Shown here: one piece after another, positions 27,184-41,185 of the stretch
Layout of the letters: each line of letters opens with the position of its first letter
Numbering within the stretch: position 1 is the stretch's first letter
Assembly: GCF_006345805.1 (NCBI RefSeq)
Contig: NC_043009.1
Location: 4,464,001-4,528,000 of the forward strand
DNA length: 64,000 nucleotides
Source of the DNA: Octopus sinensis
Taxonomy: Eukaryota
Reading direction: 5' to 3'
Program-made: the position numbers and the translations under genes
The notes under the pieces: generated by a model
Seen by the model: the letters and a program-made list of their open reading frames with translations, nothing else
Told to the model about the DNA's origin: nothing
Database searches by the model: none

Positions 27184-27799
27184 TATATTTATTTTGTAAA
27201 AATATTATAATATGTTATAAAATATTATAATAATCCAGGTTTCTCGAGCATAGGCCACTTGGTGTTGAATAGATATACTATTAAATTAGTATCTAATTCT
27301 CTCACCCTTATTAATTATTATATTCAATATATATATATTCATACATAATATACATACATATATACAACATACATGCAATATATATATATATATAGATAGA
27401 TAGATAGATATATATATACATATATAAAGGCACCATTAAAAATGCAGCCACACTAACAAGAGGAACACGAATAAGCCAAAGAAATAGCAACTACACCATC
27501 AGCAGAAGCAAAATCAACAACAACGGTACTTAATAATCACGAATTCCTCTGCTCCATTTATAATTGTGCGTAGTATACCTTAGGGAGATGTTGTGAATCT
27601 AAACCATGACTCCATAATTTAATCTAAATCTTAGATGTGGGGGTTAGTCATGATACACGGCATCAGGACGGTAGCGAAGAAGTAATTAGTTGCATCGATT
27701 CGCGAAGAAGCAGAATCTTAAAATTCTTCTGCACAGCCCAAGACAACAAACCGCTCATTTGTCAGCTGATTCATGTTTCGGTTAACAATATATACCGTA

Positions 27800-27941
27800 T
27801 GCATGCACATATGTATCTATGTACATATATTTGTGTGTGTGTGTGTACTTATACATCCGTATATATATATATGTGTGTGTGTGTATATAATTACATGTAT
27901 ATCTATGTATATATGAACACAAACAGACGCACATAAATAAA

Positions 27942-27983
<42 letters not shown>

Positions 27984-27986
27984 AGA

Positions 27987-28019
<33 letters not shown>

Positions 28020-28256
28020 ATATTCATATATATATATATACATATATATGTATATTATACACATACGTATATATATATATTTATATATATATGTATATAT
28101 ATATATATTCATATATATATGCACATATATATATATATTATATATATATACATATATATATATATACACACACATTATATATATACACACACACATATAT
28201 ATATATATACATATATATAATATATATACATATATTATATATACACACACAACATA

Positions 28257-28296
<40 letters not shown>

Positions 28297-28300
28297 TGTT
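27800..28300. repeat. TA/CA-rich microsatellite field
   Basis: Direct reading. Confidence 0.9.
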
Positions 28301-28898
28301 TGTGTGTGTATAGATCTCTATATCTTCAACTATCTATCAACCTCTGTCGCTCTCTCTAACTCGCTGTCTGTATGTATATGTGTGCTTGTGTGTGTGCGTG
28401 TGTGTGTGTGTTAGTGCTTATGTGTGAGCCTTTCCACACTGCACTGTGATGAAATCGATTAATCAAATAATAAACGTAAACTATATAGAAATAGCAATAT
28501 TGCCCCTGTTATTATTCCTGTTGTAGTGGTTTCCATAGGTATTTTCATTCGGGAGAGTGTCCGTGTCACTTCTGGACTGAATTATCATATTCGTGTGTGC
28601 TTATGGCGATTGCTATGTTTATGATAGTATCACGTGGACATGAATTTACCCTTTTTATATAAGAATAACTTCATACATAGGATAATGTCTCCTATTATTA
28701 AATATTACTATAAATTAATTTGTAGACTATTGTATTATATTATAATATATTACATTATATTATATTATCCTTATATTATGATTGTCCTATATGTCACAGT
28801 CTGTGTGACCCTTTTTTCCCTATTACATACATTTATATATACAAAGACAAATGCATACAGTTAGGGCTCTACACACCAAATCAGAGACAAATAGACAG

Positions 28899-28929
<31 letters not shown>

Positions 28930-29515
28930 GATAGACACACGTTTGTGTATGAGTTTGTATATATGTATATGCATGTATATGGTAAACGTAGTTTGGAATT
29001 TATCTCCAAACTTATCGTATACAAATCAATTCAAGATACATGAATAAAACAAAATATGTAAATAAATAAGTAAATAAGTAAATAACCAAAATAAAACCGA
29101 AATGCGGACAGGACAGCAATAACATTAATACAAAGAAGCAACATAAATACAGAATTACCAGAAAAAAATAAAAGCTTTGTTTCATTCTTTATTTATTGAT
29201 TTTGCTTTGCTCTATATAAAACTTCGGGTAATTATTTATTATTTATTTTTATTCGTTTTAGTGACTTGATTTGTTGGTTTATTTCTATCACAAATATTTC
29301 CAAATTTGGTTGACAAGAATTTCGTGAATGAGGTTACTGTTATGTGATTCATCAGATCCCAAGAGTCTTCGGTTGTAGTTATATATAGAAAGAAATAGAG
29401 AGACAGAGCGTGGGTGATAAATACTGAGATAGATAGACAGACAGATAGATAGATAACACATAATCTGATATATGTATATATATGTAACTGTGTATTTCTT
29501 TGTTTGTGTGTGTGT

Positions 29516-29568
<53 letters not shown>

Positions 29569-30614
29569 CGGACAGACAGAGAGGCAGAAACGACAGGCAG
29601 ACAGGCATAAAAGCAACCCAGGAGACGTTTGCAAACAGCAGAATTGTATACATCATATGTAGCAGAGTTTATATATATTTTCTTTTGAAGTTGACGATTT
29701 ACTCTGCATTTGTCTAAATTCCTCGTTTGGAATTTTCTTCTATTTTTGCTTTCAAAACTGCCTTCATTGAAGTTCCTTCTCTTCATTTACTTCTCCCAAT
29801 CTACAACAGTTTTGTTTTCCAAAAGTTATGATAGATCTTGGAAATTCTCCAAGATTTATTATTTTGAAGTAGCTCTTTTAATTTTTCTCAAAATTTCTCT
29901 CTTTCTCTCTAAATTTTACATTTACAGTTTATAAAATACGCCGTCTATTCTCTCAAAATTCTTCGCGTCTTTTCTCAAAAGTTTTTCACTTCTTTCCACT
30001 TAACACCCTTACCAATATATTCCAGCACATTCCCTTCCAATTTTCAAATCATATTCTCGACGCTCCTTTAAGTATATGCAAGAAATCACTTTTGAAATTA
30101 CATCGCTCAGACATATTCACTTAGTCCCCCTTATTCTCTACTATTGTTAAAACGATTAAGAGTAAGGTTCTCTCCACTTTCACGATTGCATGCAATACGG
30201 TCATCGTTTTGCGCACTGCCTTGTTCTCATTTACTATATTCATTTCGTTAAGGAACTCACAATCTTAGATCAATCTCAATACATATTCATAATTCATCTG
30301 ATACAAAAGTAGTTTCACACATATGTAAGGGATAACATAAACAAAAAAAAACAAGAACATCCACACAAAGAACAAAAACAAGCAAGAAACCTCACATCAT
30401 ACACTATGTCTTTATTCCTGCATGATTAATGATTGGAATGACGACAATAGTCTGTAGGTGTCCTCGCTAGTTTCAATCTCTCTTTACTGATGGAATTTTA
30501 AAGAAGACTGAATTGTTGGCAATTTAAAGCAAAAAGGAACAAAAACGACTTGTCTATTTCTCTTTGTATGCACGAGCACATACACGCACACACACATATA
30601 GATGGTGGATGTGC

Positions 30615-30624
30615 ACTGAATATA

Positions 30625-30690
<66 letters not shown>

Positions 30691-30787
30691 GTATATGTAT
30701 ATATGTGTGTATGTATATATTTATATACATATACAATATATATGTATAACTATATGTATACATATATATATATACATACATACATAC

Positions 30788-30831
<44 letters not shown>

Positions 30832-30986
30832 GCATCACATATATATAAATATATACATATATATTTATGTATATATCTATATATTTATAGAACATATATG
30901 ATGGTATACATATATATATATTATATATATATTCTATAAATATATATATGTGTGTATAATATAAATATATAATGACCAAACAGGAT

Positions 30987-31017
<31 letters not shown>

Positions 31018-31347
31018 CCATGTATATGTATGCATGAATATATGAGCATGCATGCGTTTGTGTTTTGAGCGGGCTGCTCGGTAATTAAATCCATACTAAC
31101 AACTAAGCATCTATAAAGAGAATATCTAAAAGGAAGATTGGTTTCATTTAATTAGCTACCGTGAAGAAACATTGGCGAAGAATAGCAAGCAAATGCTAAA
31201 GAACATGATGAATAATAGAAAGCACCAAAAATACGTTGGTGTTCTTTCTTAATTTCTTTTTGCTTTACGTCTCTCTATCTTCTTTCTCTCCATCTCTCCC
31301 CACTCTCTGTGTGTCTGTTTGTCTCTCTCTCTCCATCTCTCTCTGTC

Positions 31348-31410
<63 letters not shown>

Positions 31411-31567
31411 ATCTATCTATCTATCTCAGACACATACATACACACATCCACACACGTGCTGCTATGAAAGCGAGCTAAACCTGAAGAGTATGTCTAGCAT
31501 TAATACAATTTTCTTAAGAAGGATCTTGGCATTGGCATCATGCACACACACGCACACATACTTTGTG

Positions 31568-31607
<40 letters not shown>

Positions 31608-31644
31608 CATACATATACATATATATATTTATATGTATATATAT

Positions 31645-31697
<53 letters not shown>

Positions 31698-32466
31698 AGT
31701 GCATATAAGAATCTGCGTGTGTATATATGCATATGTCTGTGTATGCTTCGTCTGCTTCGTTCAAAGTCGTCTTCTGCCAATCACTTCATATGCGCATTAT
31801 AGGAAACAATTATATGCTTTCTTATATTTTTATTACAGCCAACAGATGGACTGCTGATATGATAAAGCTACAATAATATAATATAATTGCCTTATCATGT
31901 ACACCATTGAGTCTCTAATTACTAATGTATTCTTAAGAGAAGTGAATAATATCATACATTATCGATATTCTTGTTTTTGTTGAAGAATGTAAGATTTTTG
32001 CTGGAACTTGTGGTTCCATAACTGTAGATTTCGTTTTTACGACGTACAATAGCTTAACGAAAAAATATATATATATATATATAAAAAAGAAGAATGAAAC
32101 TAAGAAAAAAATGAAAAAGAAAATGGTTATCTTATGAATTTTAAATGTAGCATATCTCACTTGTATAACCAATCACGAAGATACGAAGATTATACATACA
32201 CATAGAAAGATGGTATACATACATACATCCATACATACATGCATGCTTACATGCATACACACATGCATAAATACATACATGCATACATACATACATACAT
32301 ACATACATACATACATACATACATACATACATACATACGTATATCCATGTATGCATTCATGCATACATATAATTTGTCCGTGCGTGCATGAATGAATATG
32401 TAGAGGTATCTTTTTTCTGAACGGAACATTGATAAATAGAGCCAATTATGAACATTGGAGTTCTTG

Positions 32467-32498
<32 letters not shown>

Positions 32499-32600
32499 TA
32501 TATATAATACATATATATATATATATACACACATATAATATATATATATACATACATATATACATATATATATACATACATATATATATATATATATATA

Positions 32601-32679
<79 letters not shown>

Positions 32680-32700
32680 TATATATATACATATATACAT
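30615..32700. repeat. Cluster of (TA)n, (CTAT)n and (TACA)n microsatellite blocks with short unique spacers
   Basis: Direct reading. Confidence 0.85.
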
Positions 32701-33207
32701 ATATATGTTTTACGTATGAATATGTATGTGTTTTATTCCATTCTGGTCGCACTCTCGAATGAACAGTTTCTTTAATATTCGAGAAACTATGGATGATGTT
32801 GGTAGAAGTTGTCCTATTGCTGGTATTACTTGTAGCAGTAGTATGGTATAGGTAACCTTGGTAATGCTGGTAGTATCGGTGGTGCTACGTTAGCTATCAA
32901 TCTTGAGAATTGATCAATTTATTGATGGAACTTGAGTATCTGTCTGTAGCATTGCTAGTGTTAGTAGAGGCAATCGTCTAAATTGTAGGAAAAAACAACT
33001 AAGACAAGCCAACCAGAGAACCTCTACGCGATCACCATTTGCTAGAAATAGTGACGTCTTAAATGAGGGAAAAGACACGTAATATATTTTGATCTTAGGT
33101 ACCCACACTTCATGCAGTTGAATGGCTTAGGCAGGGATGTTTTACGTCGTATACCTGGATGAACAGTGCTTCGCAGGAACTAAAGAAAAAACATAATTAA
33201 AAAGATA

Positions 33208-33457
33208 AATGCGCCCTTTTAAAGCCTTGCCAAGCTCATGGGCCCGGTTTCCCGGTTTCTATGGCGTATGTGTTCCCCAGCTGGACGGGACGCCAGTCCA
33301 TCGAAGCGTTACTCATTTTTGCCAGCTGAGTGGACTGGAGCAACGTGAAATGAAGTGTTTTGCTCAAGAACACAACGCGTCGCCCGGTCCAGGAATCGAA
33401 ACCACAATCTTACGACCATGATGCTGACACCCTAACCACTAAGCCACGCGCCTCCAC
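33208..33457 (-). mobile_element. SINE group A head and CORE-like block fused to the group D type-2 tail
   Basis: gtggaggcgcgtggcttagtggttagg head; cgatggactggcgtcccgtccagctgggg tail; candidate TSD aaaaagata at 33199-33207 and 33462-33470. Confidence 0.9.
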
Positions 33458-34784
33458 AAAGAAAAAGATAGGTTTATAATAGTGTGACGAATAAAACTTC
33501 GTCCAGCATCTTCCTCTATTGTTCATTCAAGGCCAGAGGCACAACGCCTGTCTATAGAGTAAGCCATAAAATACAAACAAAACATTGTTTTTCTCGGTTT
33601 ACAAACTTGAAGAAGCTAACTATTTCTAGTGTATATTCTTATGTAATATTTCTGGTTTTACTTCAACAAATCATAACAAAGTACATTAAAATGTCTAAAC
33701 TGTCTGAGACAGATTGCTGTTATACGGTTTCGACTAGTAACCTCATCTATACAAATCATAATATCTTTCAAATCTTACAAATGCATCTACATTACATTAT
33801 TTGTCTATTTTAGATTGTTTTTTCCTTGACATAATCAACGTACTTGAGTGAATTTCGAACTAGGAATATCTATTTCTAAACCACCGGTTAAAATCGCTTA
33901 TATCTCCTAGCAACTGAAATATGGAACAAGTTCACACAAAGTTTATCAAATGATAACAGTGCTTCTTGCTGTTACTTACACACGTGTGCTGTAGTTGTTA
34001 CATTCAACACATTATACACATCCAGGGCTAACACTGTCTTACCCACTGACGCAGTACATCACACTTTTCTGTTGATGGGAGCTAATGACCTTTCGTTGGG
34101 GTGTGAAACACTATATCATTTCGACCAACTGTCAGCCTTAAACAGTGATAAGGTCCCTATTAAAATGACACAGAACATTCATGTGCGAGAGGTAAACTTC
34201 CGGGGAACCGAGAGCTTGCTCCGTATTTATTTTATTTTATTAATATAGCCGGATGTATATACTTCACTGCTTGTATGATTAAGCAAGGCATGAATGCCAC
34301 TGCCTCAAAGTCATCGCCGATTTCCCGTTCTACACTGGAATATATAAGTTTGCAACATTGCTGTTGTTTTAGTCCTTGGTAGTTTTATAGTAATTTTTTG
34401 TCACTACCTATAATAAAAAAAAAATGTAATTTAAATAACTTTATATAAATAATTATTCATATAATTCGCTTTATATTATTATTGTTGGTAGTTTCATCAC
34501 ATTAATGTGATAAAAGAGCAAGAGTGAAAACCTTTCGACTTTCTATTTATTATGACATTTAGAGCTGTTCGGTATAATGTCATGATAATATCATACACAC
34601 GATCATATTTCTGCATCATCAGCCATATTGAAAGCCTTCAGCCATTTCCGCCTAATATGAGTTATTCACAAGTCCACATCTATATTTACTATTCGTAGCA
34701 AGTGAAATGCTTAACATTCGTGTCCCTCTCTCCATATGTATGTACGCATTTGTTTGTTTTTTTGTTTTTTTGCACATTCTCATA

Positions 34785-35107
34785 TGTATGTATGTATGTA
34801 TGTATGTGTGTGTGTATGTATGTGTGTATATATGTGTATGTATGTATGTATGTATGTATGTATGTATGTATGTATGTATGTATGTATGTATGTATGTGTG
34901 TGTATGTATGTATGTACGTACGTACGTATATATGTATGTATGTATGTATGTATGTCTTATGTATGTAAGTATGTATGTATGTAAGTATGTATGTAAGTGT
35001 GTGTATGTATGTATGTATGTGTGTGTGTGTATGTATGTATGTATGTATGTAGTATGTATGTATGTAAGTTTGTATGTAAGTATGTATGTATGTAAGTATG
35101 TATGTAT
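34785..35107. repeat. (TGTA)n microsatellite
   Basis: Direct reading. Confidence 0.95.
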
Positions 35108-35443
35108 GTGAATGCACATGGTTCAGTGGTTAGATCGTCGGTCTTACAGTCATGCAGTAGTGAGTTCGATTCCCGGACCGGGCTGTGTGTATTGTGTTCT
35201 TGAGCAAGACACTTTATTTCACGTTGTTCCAGTTCATTCAGCTGTAGAAATGAAGTGCGACGTCACAGGCGCCAAGCTGTATCGACCTTTGTCTTTCCCT
35301 TGGATAACATCGATAACATAGAAAGATGTGGCTGGTATGCATGGGCAACTGCTGGTCTTCCATAAACAACGTCGTCCGGACTTGTGCATCGGAGAGAGAG
35401 TTTGTAGGTGAAATCCCATAATCATTCGTGACCGAAGGGGCTC
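35108..35443 (+). mobile_element. SINE group A, full length
   Basis: Colinear with 10770 and with the reverse complement of 9235. Confidence 0.9.
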
Positions 35444-36251
35444 ATTACCCTTTATGCATTTGTATATATATGAGTGAGAGAGAGAGAGAGAGAGGGAAAA
35501 AGTCTTGTTAACGGTTTATAGGGCTATATTAACTAAAGTGTCCTATTAAGGCAGCAAATCCTATTGAGGTAGGTTTGACTGCTAGTTCTAGCGGGTTAAT
35601 TCACGCTGTATTTTTGGTTCTATTAGCTTCCAAATATGTTTACAATAAAAGAGAAAAGAAAATGCCCTAATATATAACAAAATGGTTACTTTTCTAGTAT
35701 AATTTTAACTACTGTGTCTGCTAAGTATATCTCTATTGTAAAAGCTCTCTTAATGGCTGGAATAGCTGATAACTGTAGCTGTTCAATCACTCTTATATAT
35801 GTATAGAAAAGAGCAAAACTTTTACTCAGCAGTAAAGGATCAATTTTTGATTTGATTGATTTATTGATTGATTGATTGGTATTTTATACTGTAGCTGTCA
35901 AATTTTATGAAACTTGCACTTTTAGCTGTGTAATTAGGGTAAGAATGCCTGGTGAGAAAATCTAATATCTAGACAAACTATCACCAAGGAAGCAGTAGAA
36001 CGCAGCACTTTATACTAGCAAAACATGCATCAATTATGCAATGATCTTGCAGCTTTCAATGAAAAGCTGTAAAACACTGCGGCGATATCTTCTCACTAGA
36101 TGCACAGAGCCGTTAAGTGTGTGGTGCTTTTACTGTGACAGACTACACTAGAGGAATGTTAACATTATGCGAATGACTGTTTGTTTGGTTAGAGGATTGA
36201 ACATATCAGCAACCATTTTCTGCGATTCAAGATAACATATATCTATATCTA

Positions 36252-36292
<41 letters not shown>

Positions 36293-36485
36293 TATATATA
36301 TATAATATATATATATATATTATATACGTTCGTGCTCTTTTTGAAATTTGAGATGCTGATTATAAAGCCATTATTTTCCCATATTATTGTTTAACTTTAT
36401 CACAAAAGGTTTTGTTTAATTTACAATGCTTCCTTTTTATTTTCATTGGCGCCGCGAATTCAGCTGACAAGATTACACAAGCTGT

Positions 36486-36719
36486 AATCAAGGCGGCAAG
36501 CTGGCAGAATCATTAGCACGCCGGGCGAAATGCGTAGCCGTATTTCATCTGCCGCTATGTTCTGGGTTCAAATTCCACCGAGGTCGACTTTGCCTTTCAT
36601 CCTTTCGGGGTCGATTAAATAAGTACCAGTTACATACTGGGGTCGATATAATCGACTTAATCCGTTTGTCTGTCCTTGTTTGTCCCCTGTGTGTAGCCCC
36701 TTGGGGGCAGTAAAGAAAT
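36486..36719 (+). mobile_element. SINE group B, intact young copy with 17-bp TSD
   Basis: Exact TSD aagattacacaagctgt at 36469-36485 and 36720-36736. Confidence 0.95.
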
Positions 36720-38435
36720 AAGATTACACAAGCTGTTCCACATCTTTGTATTTCTTTATAAATTACATGAGAGATATAGGTTGTAAGGCCTCAGATTCGA
36801 ACCCGTGACTATGTCCTCTGGCGCAACAATCATTTTCCGTAGATTCGAGTTGACCTAAACCATGTGAGTAAAATTAAGTAAACGGAAAATAAATACAGAA
36901 AAGAAACCCATCAAAATTTGAAAGGTGCCCAGTTGTTCAACACTGTCAAGCTGATACTGTATGAGAGTTACATTGGTGATATACATGTCCGTGGAATACT
37001 CAGCGACACAGACGCTCTAATTCAGGAATGGGTAATTCAGTTGATCAAAAAACTGAATCCTCATTATCCAACAAAGCAAATCCCCTACTACCACTTCCGT
37101 TAACGCTACCACCGATAATGTACCTTTGCGATTCGATATTCGTTGGTTGCTTGTCAATCAGCTTCTTAGTGAAGAGTGTTTGACATCGTTGTTAGTGTCT
37201 AAGTGAGATAATTGTTTCAAGTCAATGATCATGAACTAAATAAACGTTGATGTTGTACAAGGATACAGCAAGGCAGAAGGAGAGGACGAATAAATCATTT
37301 ACCAGTACGTGATTATTTTAGTTTTCATTAATCGACATCGGGAAAACGATGGAAGTCGAAGTCGACCTCAGCAAAGATTTAAATTAATATTAAATAAATA
37401 TGAGACTGTTACGCGTATGCTACTCCAGAGTCTCGTCTTAAAACGAAGTAGTACAATAATTCTAAGTGTAATTAAAAATAAATTATGATTTCAAACATTG
37501 GCAAAATGCCATGGAATTATTGGGAGGAGTATAACTAATTAAGCTGATCCCATGACTCGATTTTATTAGTATACATTTCATTAATCTCTGAGAGAAGGAA
37601 GGCAAAACCAATTTCGTAGTGCTAAAATACTTTAAACTATTTAATCCGATGCTCTCTGCACGCTTTACTGACTATTCTGAAATTTTACAATTTTCTTATC
37701 CCACAGCGCATTACATCAAAAAATTCCCACGTGACATGACTTTTTGAAATATTTCTTCTAAGATCAGTCGACATGTTGATCAGCCTACACCACATTTCCC
37801 CGTCTTTTCTTGTTTTCTTTCGACGTTTAATCAACCTGTGGAGTATGGAGTTAAATATCAACAGGTTATATATTATCATTCTGAGAAGATCTACATAGAA
37901 ATTGGAGTTATGAATGCTGTTTTCCACAGATTTTATTAAAACACAGCGTATACAATTCATTCAGTTTCATCACCAACTTTTCTTCTGTCCATTTATTTCA
38001 CTGACTGTCATTCTCATCGCTATACATACATACATACATACATACATACACATTGATAGATAGATAGATATGTAGGTACGTAGGTGCGTAGGTAGGTAGG
38101 TAGATAGATAGAAAAATAGATAGATAGATAGATAGATAGCTAGATAGATAGATAGATAGATAGATTGTGAGACAGCCGGCTATTTATAAACTCACACAGG
38201 CTTATGTACGTTAGTGCGCAGGCGTGTGTGTGTGTGTGTGTGTACGCGTAGGTAAGCCGGATTATTTTTTCGAACATAACGGTTTCGTCCAGCTGAGGTT
38301 GGTCGATCCTACTCGTCGGTGTGTCTGAGAAAGAGATTATATATTAAAGATTGTATAAGAAGCTCTTTCCCCCATCATCTTTCATTGTATGCCTGTCTGT
38401 CTGTCTGTCTTTCTGTATGTATATATATATATATG

Positions 38436-38446
<11 letters not shown>

Positions 38447-38484
<38 letters not shown>

Positions 38485-38486
38485 GT

Positions 38487-38525
<39 letters not shown>

Positions 38526-38555
38526 CATACACACGCATACACGTATACACTCACG

Positions 38556-38653
<98 letters not shown>

Positions 38654-38655
38654 GT

Positions 38656-38690
<35 letters not shown>

Positions 38691-38720
38691 CATACACACG
38701 CATACACGTATACACTCACG

Positions 38721-38787
<67 letters not shown>

Positions 38788-38790
38788 ATA
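38447..38790. repeat. Tandem duplication (about 165-175 bp, two copies) of a compound CA/TA microsatellite
   Basis: Anchor catacacacgcatacacgtatacactcacgcac at 38526 and 38691. Confidence 0.9.
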
Positions 38791-39929
38791 TACCCATATG
38801 CGCATATTATTGGATCAATATATCACAGAAGAGTGGATTCAGTTGGATTCACCAGTGCAATAAGCCTAGGTATGTTTGTAGGCATTTTTACCGTTTTTTT
38901 TTAGCTGGAGCTAAGCATCGCTAGCTAGAAAGAATATTTTATAGCATGGCTATTGAAAATTGACGACCGATGCAACTAACCGACACAAAATGGGTGTATA
39001 TATATGTACACATAGATATGTGCCTGTATGTGTACACACCCACAAAGACACACGTGCATATAGGTATGGGTATATGTACCTTTATATGTATAGGTTAATG
39101 TGGGTATATACGTATATAAGCAAGTATACGAACACATATGTGTCTGCGTGTAGGGCTGGTGGTATGTATGTGTGTGTATATATATATACTGAGAAAGAGA
39201 GGCATGACAGTGGATACAAATGCAAACGTGCATGCATGTATATAGAAACTTGGGAATTCACCTTGATATACCACGTATCGAAAATTGATTTATTTTTTTT
39301 TCTTTCATTGTGTTGTATTGTATTTATATCTTTTTTTCCCCCTCATTCATCTACGTATTTCTTTATACGAAATCTAGTATCTTTTCTCCTTTTCTCCGCG
39401 GTGGAGGGGAGATGCGTCACATGGGCCACGAAAACGTGACCTTTAAGACAACTTCATTCTTAATCTTGAAAGCAGTAACAATATATATGACGGTTCTTTC
39501 ATAGACTTTGAAGTATGACTCTGCAATAAGGATGCTGCTTGTCTAACTGAAGACTTCTCTCCATTTATTTCAACATCCGAAGACTTCTATTCATTCATCC
39601 TTCTATCTGAAGACTTCTCTCTATTTATCTCTGTATCGTACTAAATTTCCTTATATTTTTGTTATGATTTATTGCACTACAGGCAGTTAGTCATGTATCT
39701 AGTTATATTTAAATGCAGTGCAGAATATAAGAAGATAATGAGATCATGTGACATTCATGCTTTTCTAAATGTTACGACCATCGTACTATAGAAAGTAATG
39801 TGTTTCAAAGTGAAATGAAGACCGGCAGGTTCGGTTTCAAGTTGGGAATCAGTTCTTGACATGAATGATTCCTAATCCGGATTTTGTATCGTTTCACTTT
39901 ATTTTATTCATTTATTTATTTATTTATTG

Positions 39930-40128
39930 GATTAATGAATTCCTGAGGATGAGGTTAGTCGATGTCGTATCCCTAGCACATGATTTTTATGGTACTTTAT
40001 CTTATCGAATCTGAAAGAATGAATGGCAAAGTTTACCCCAGCAGAATTTGAACTGAGAACGTAAACACTCGGAAGAAATGTCGCTATGTACATTGTCCGA
40101 CGATTTAACCATTCTGCCATTTCACCGC
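39930..40128 (-). mobile_element. SINE group B, diverged
   Basis: ggcaaagtttaccccagcagaatttgaactgagaacgta. Confidence 0.8.
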
Positions 40129-40994
40129 ACAATTCTTCTAAAATTACAATAACATACCATTTTCTTTGTAAAGACAGTCGCACGTTAAAATGTGTATACA
40201 CGCTTAGCTGCCATTTCTTTCAAATTTAGCTGCCACGTAGTGGCTTTCTCATTCTTTCATTGCCATTATATATAATACATAACAATACTGTTTGTTTAAT
40301 TTTCAAAATGTGATCCTTAATTATGTAAATATACAAATGACCGCAAGTGTACGTATGATAATAAGCTAAATGCTATAAATGCCCTGTTTCGTCTCACAAG
40401 AGAATAGACACTTGAGTGATTTGGAAGGCATTAGCATATTGACTGTTATTCAATATGGCTTATTTAAAGCTTGACTCAGGAAACTAAAACTCAAACATTC
40501 ACAATTAATTGCCGCCTTCTGATTAGACCTCCATATGTTTTACAATCAACTTGGCTTATTATATTGATAATATTATGTTTCGCTGTTGTTGTACTTAATC
40601 TTTTCGTCACAAGTTGCTTCTCACAAAACAGAGATACGTTAAAATGCCAAAGGTACGTCAGCCATTATTGTCACGACATTTTCCAATAAAGACATAGATT
40701 GCTACGCGCAACATTATTCTATGCGCAGTAGGTAAGGTCCTTTGGGTTTCAAATACGCTTCAAAGGAGTATTCACTAGCAGCATTTCTGGCACAAACACA
40801 CATTGAGTTATTATGCGTTAAGACACGTAATTCCAAAATGTTATTCGTCCAGTATATGAAGCAACAGGGATATCGATGGTGTATGAAAATTACTTGCAAA
40901 TCCCTTTTCAAGTTATTAAGCAAGGAATTACCGTTTGAATAATGGATTCTTACATAACATTTAAATTGTTTCAAAATTTGATACAAGACTAGTT

Positions 40995-41185
40995 ATTTTA
41001 GAGGACCTGGGTTAGTCGATAACATCGACCCTAGAGCTCAACTTGTGCATATCTTATCGACCTCGACCGGATGAAAGGCAAAGTCGACATCGCCTTCAGT
41101 TAAACTCAGAATGGAAAGAGCCAGAAGAAAAAAATGCTGAATATTTTGTTCGTCGCGCTAAAGATTCTCTCACATCAATGCCTTA
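40995..41185 (-). mobile_element. SINE group B, diverged
   Basis: ggatgaaaggcaaagtcgacatcg..aactcagaa. Confidence 0.8.

Noticed and set aside
28510-28545. Plus-strand microexon-like AG..GT pairs (also near 33530, 40615 and 47145)
   Set aside because: Such pairs are frequent in AT-rich DNA and cannot be ranked without RNA data.
33892-34248. 118-codon stop-free frame with possible acceptor (33910) and donor (34192)
   Set aside because: No recognisable motif; by rough estimate about one frame this long is expected by chance in the unique DNA of the window.
39544-39630. Three ~30-bp degenerate units containing ctgaagacttct
   Set aside because: No GAAA or stems; simple small tandem repeat.
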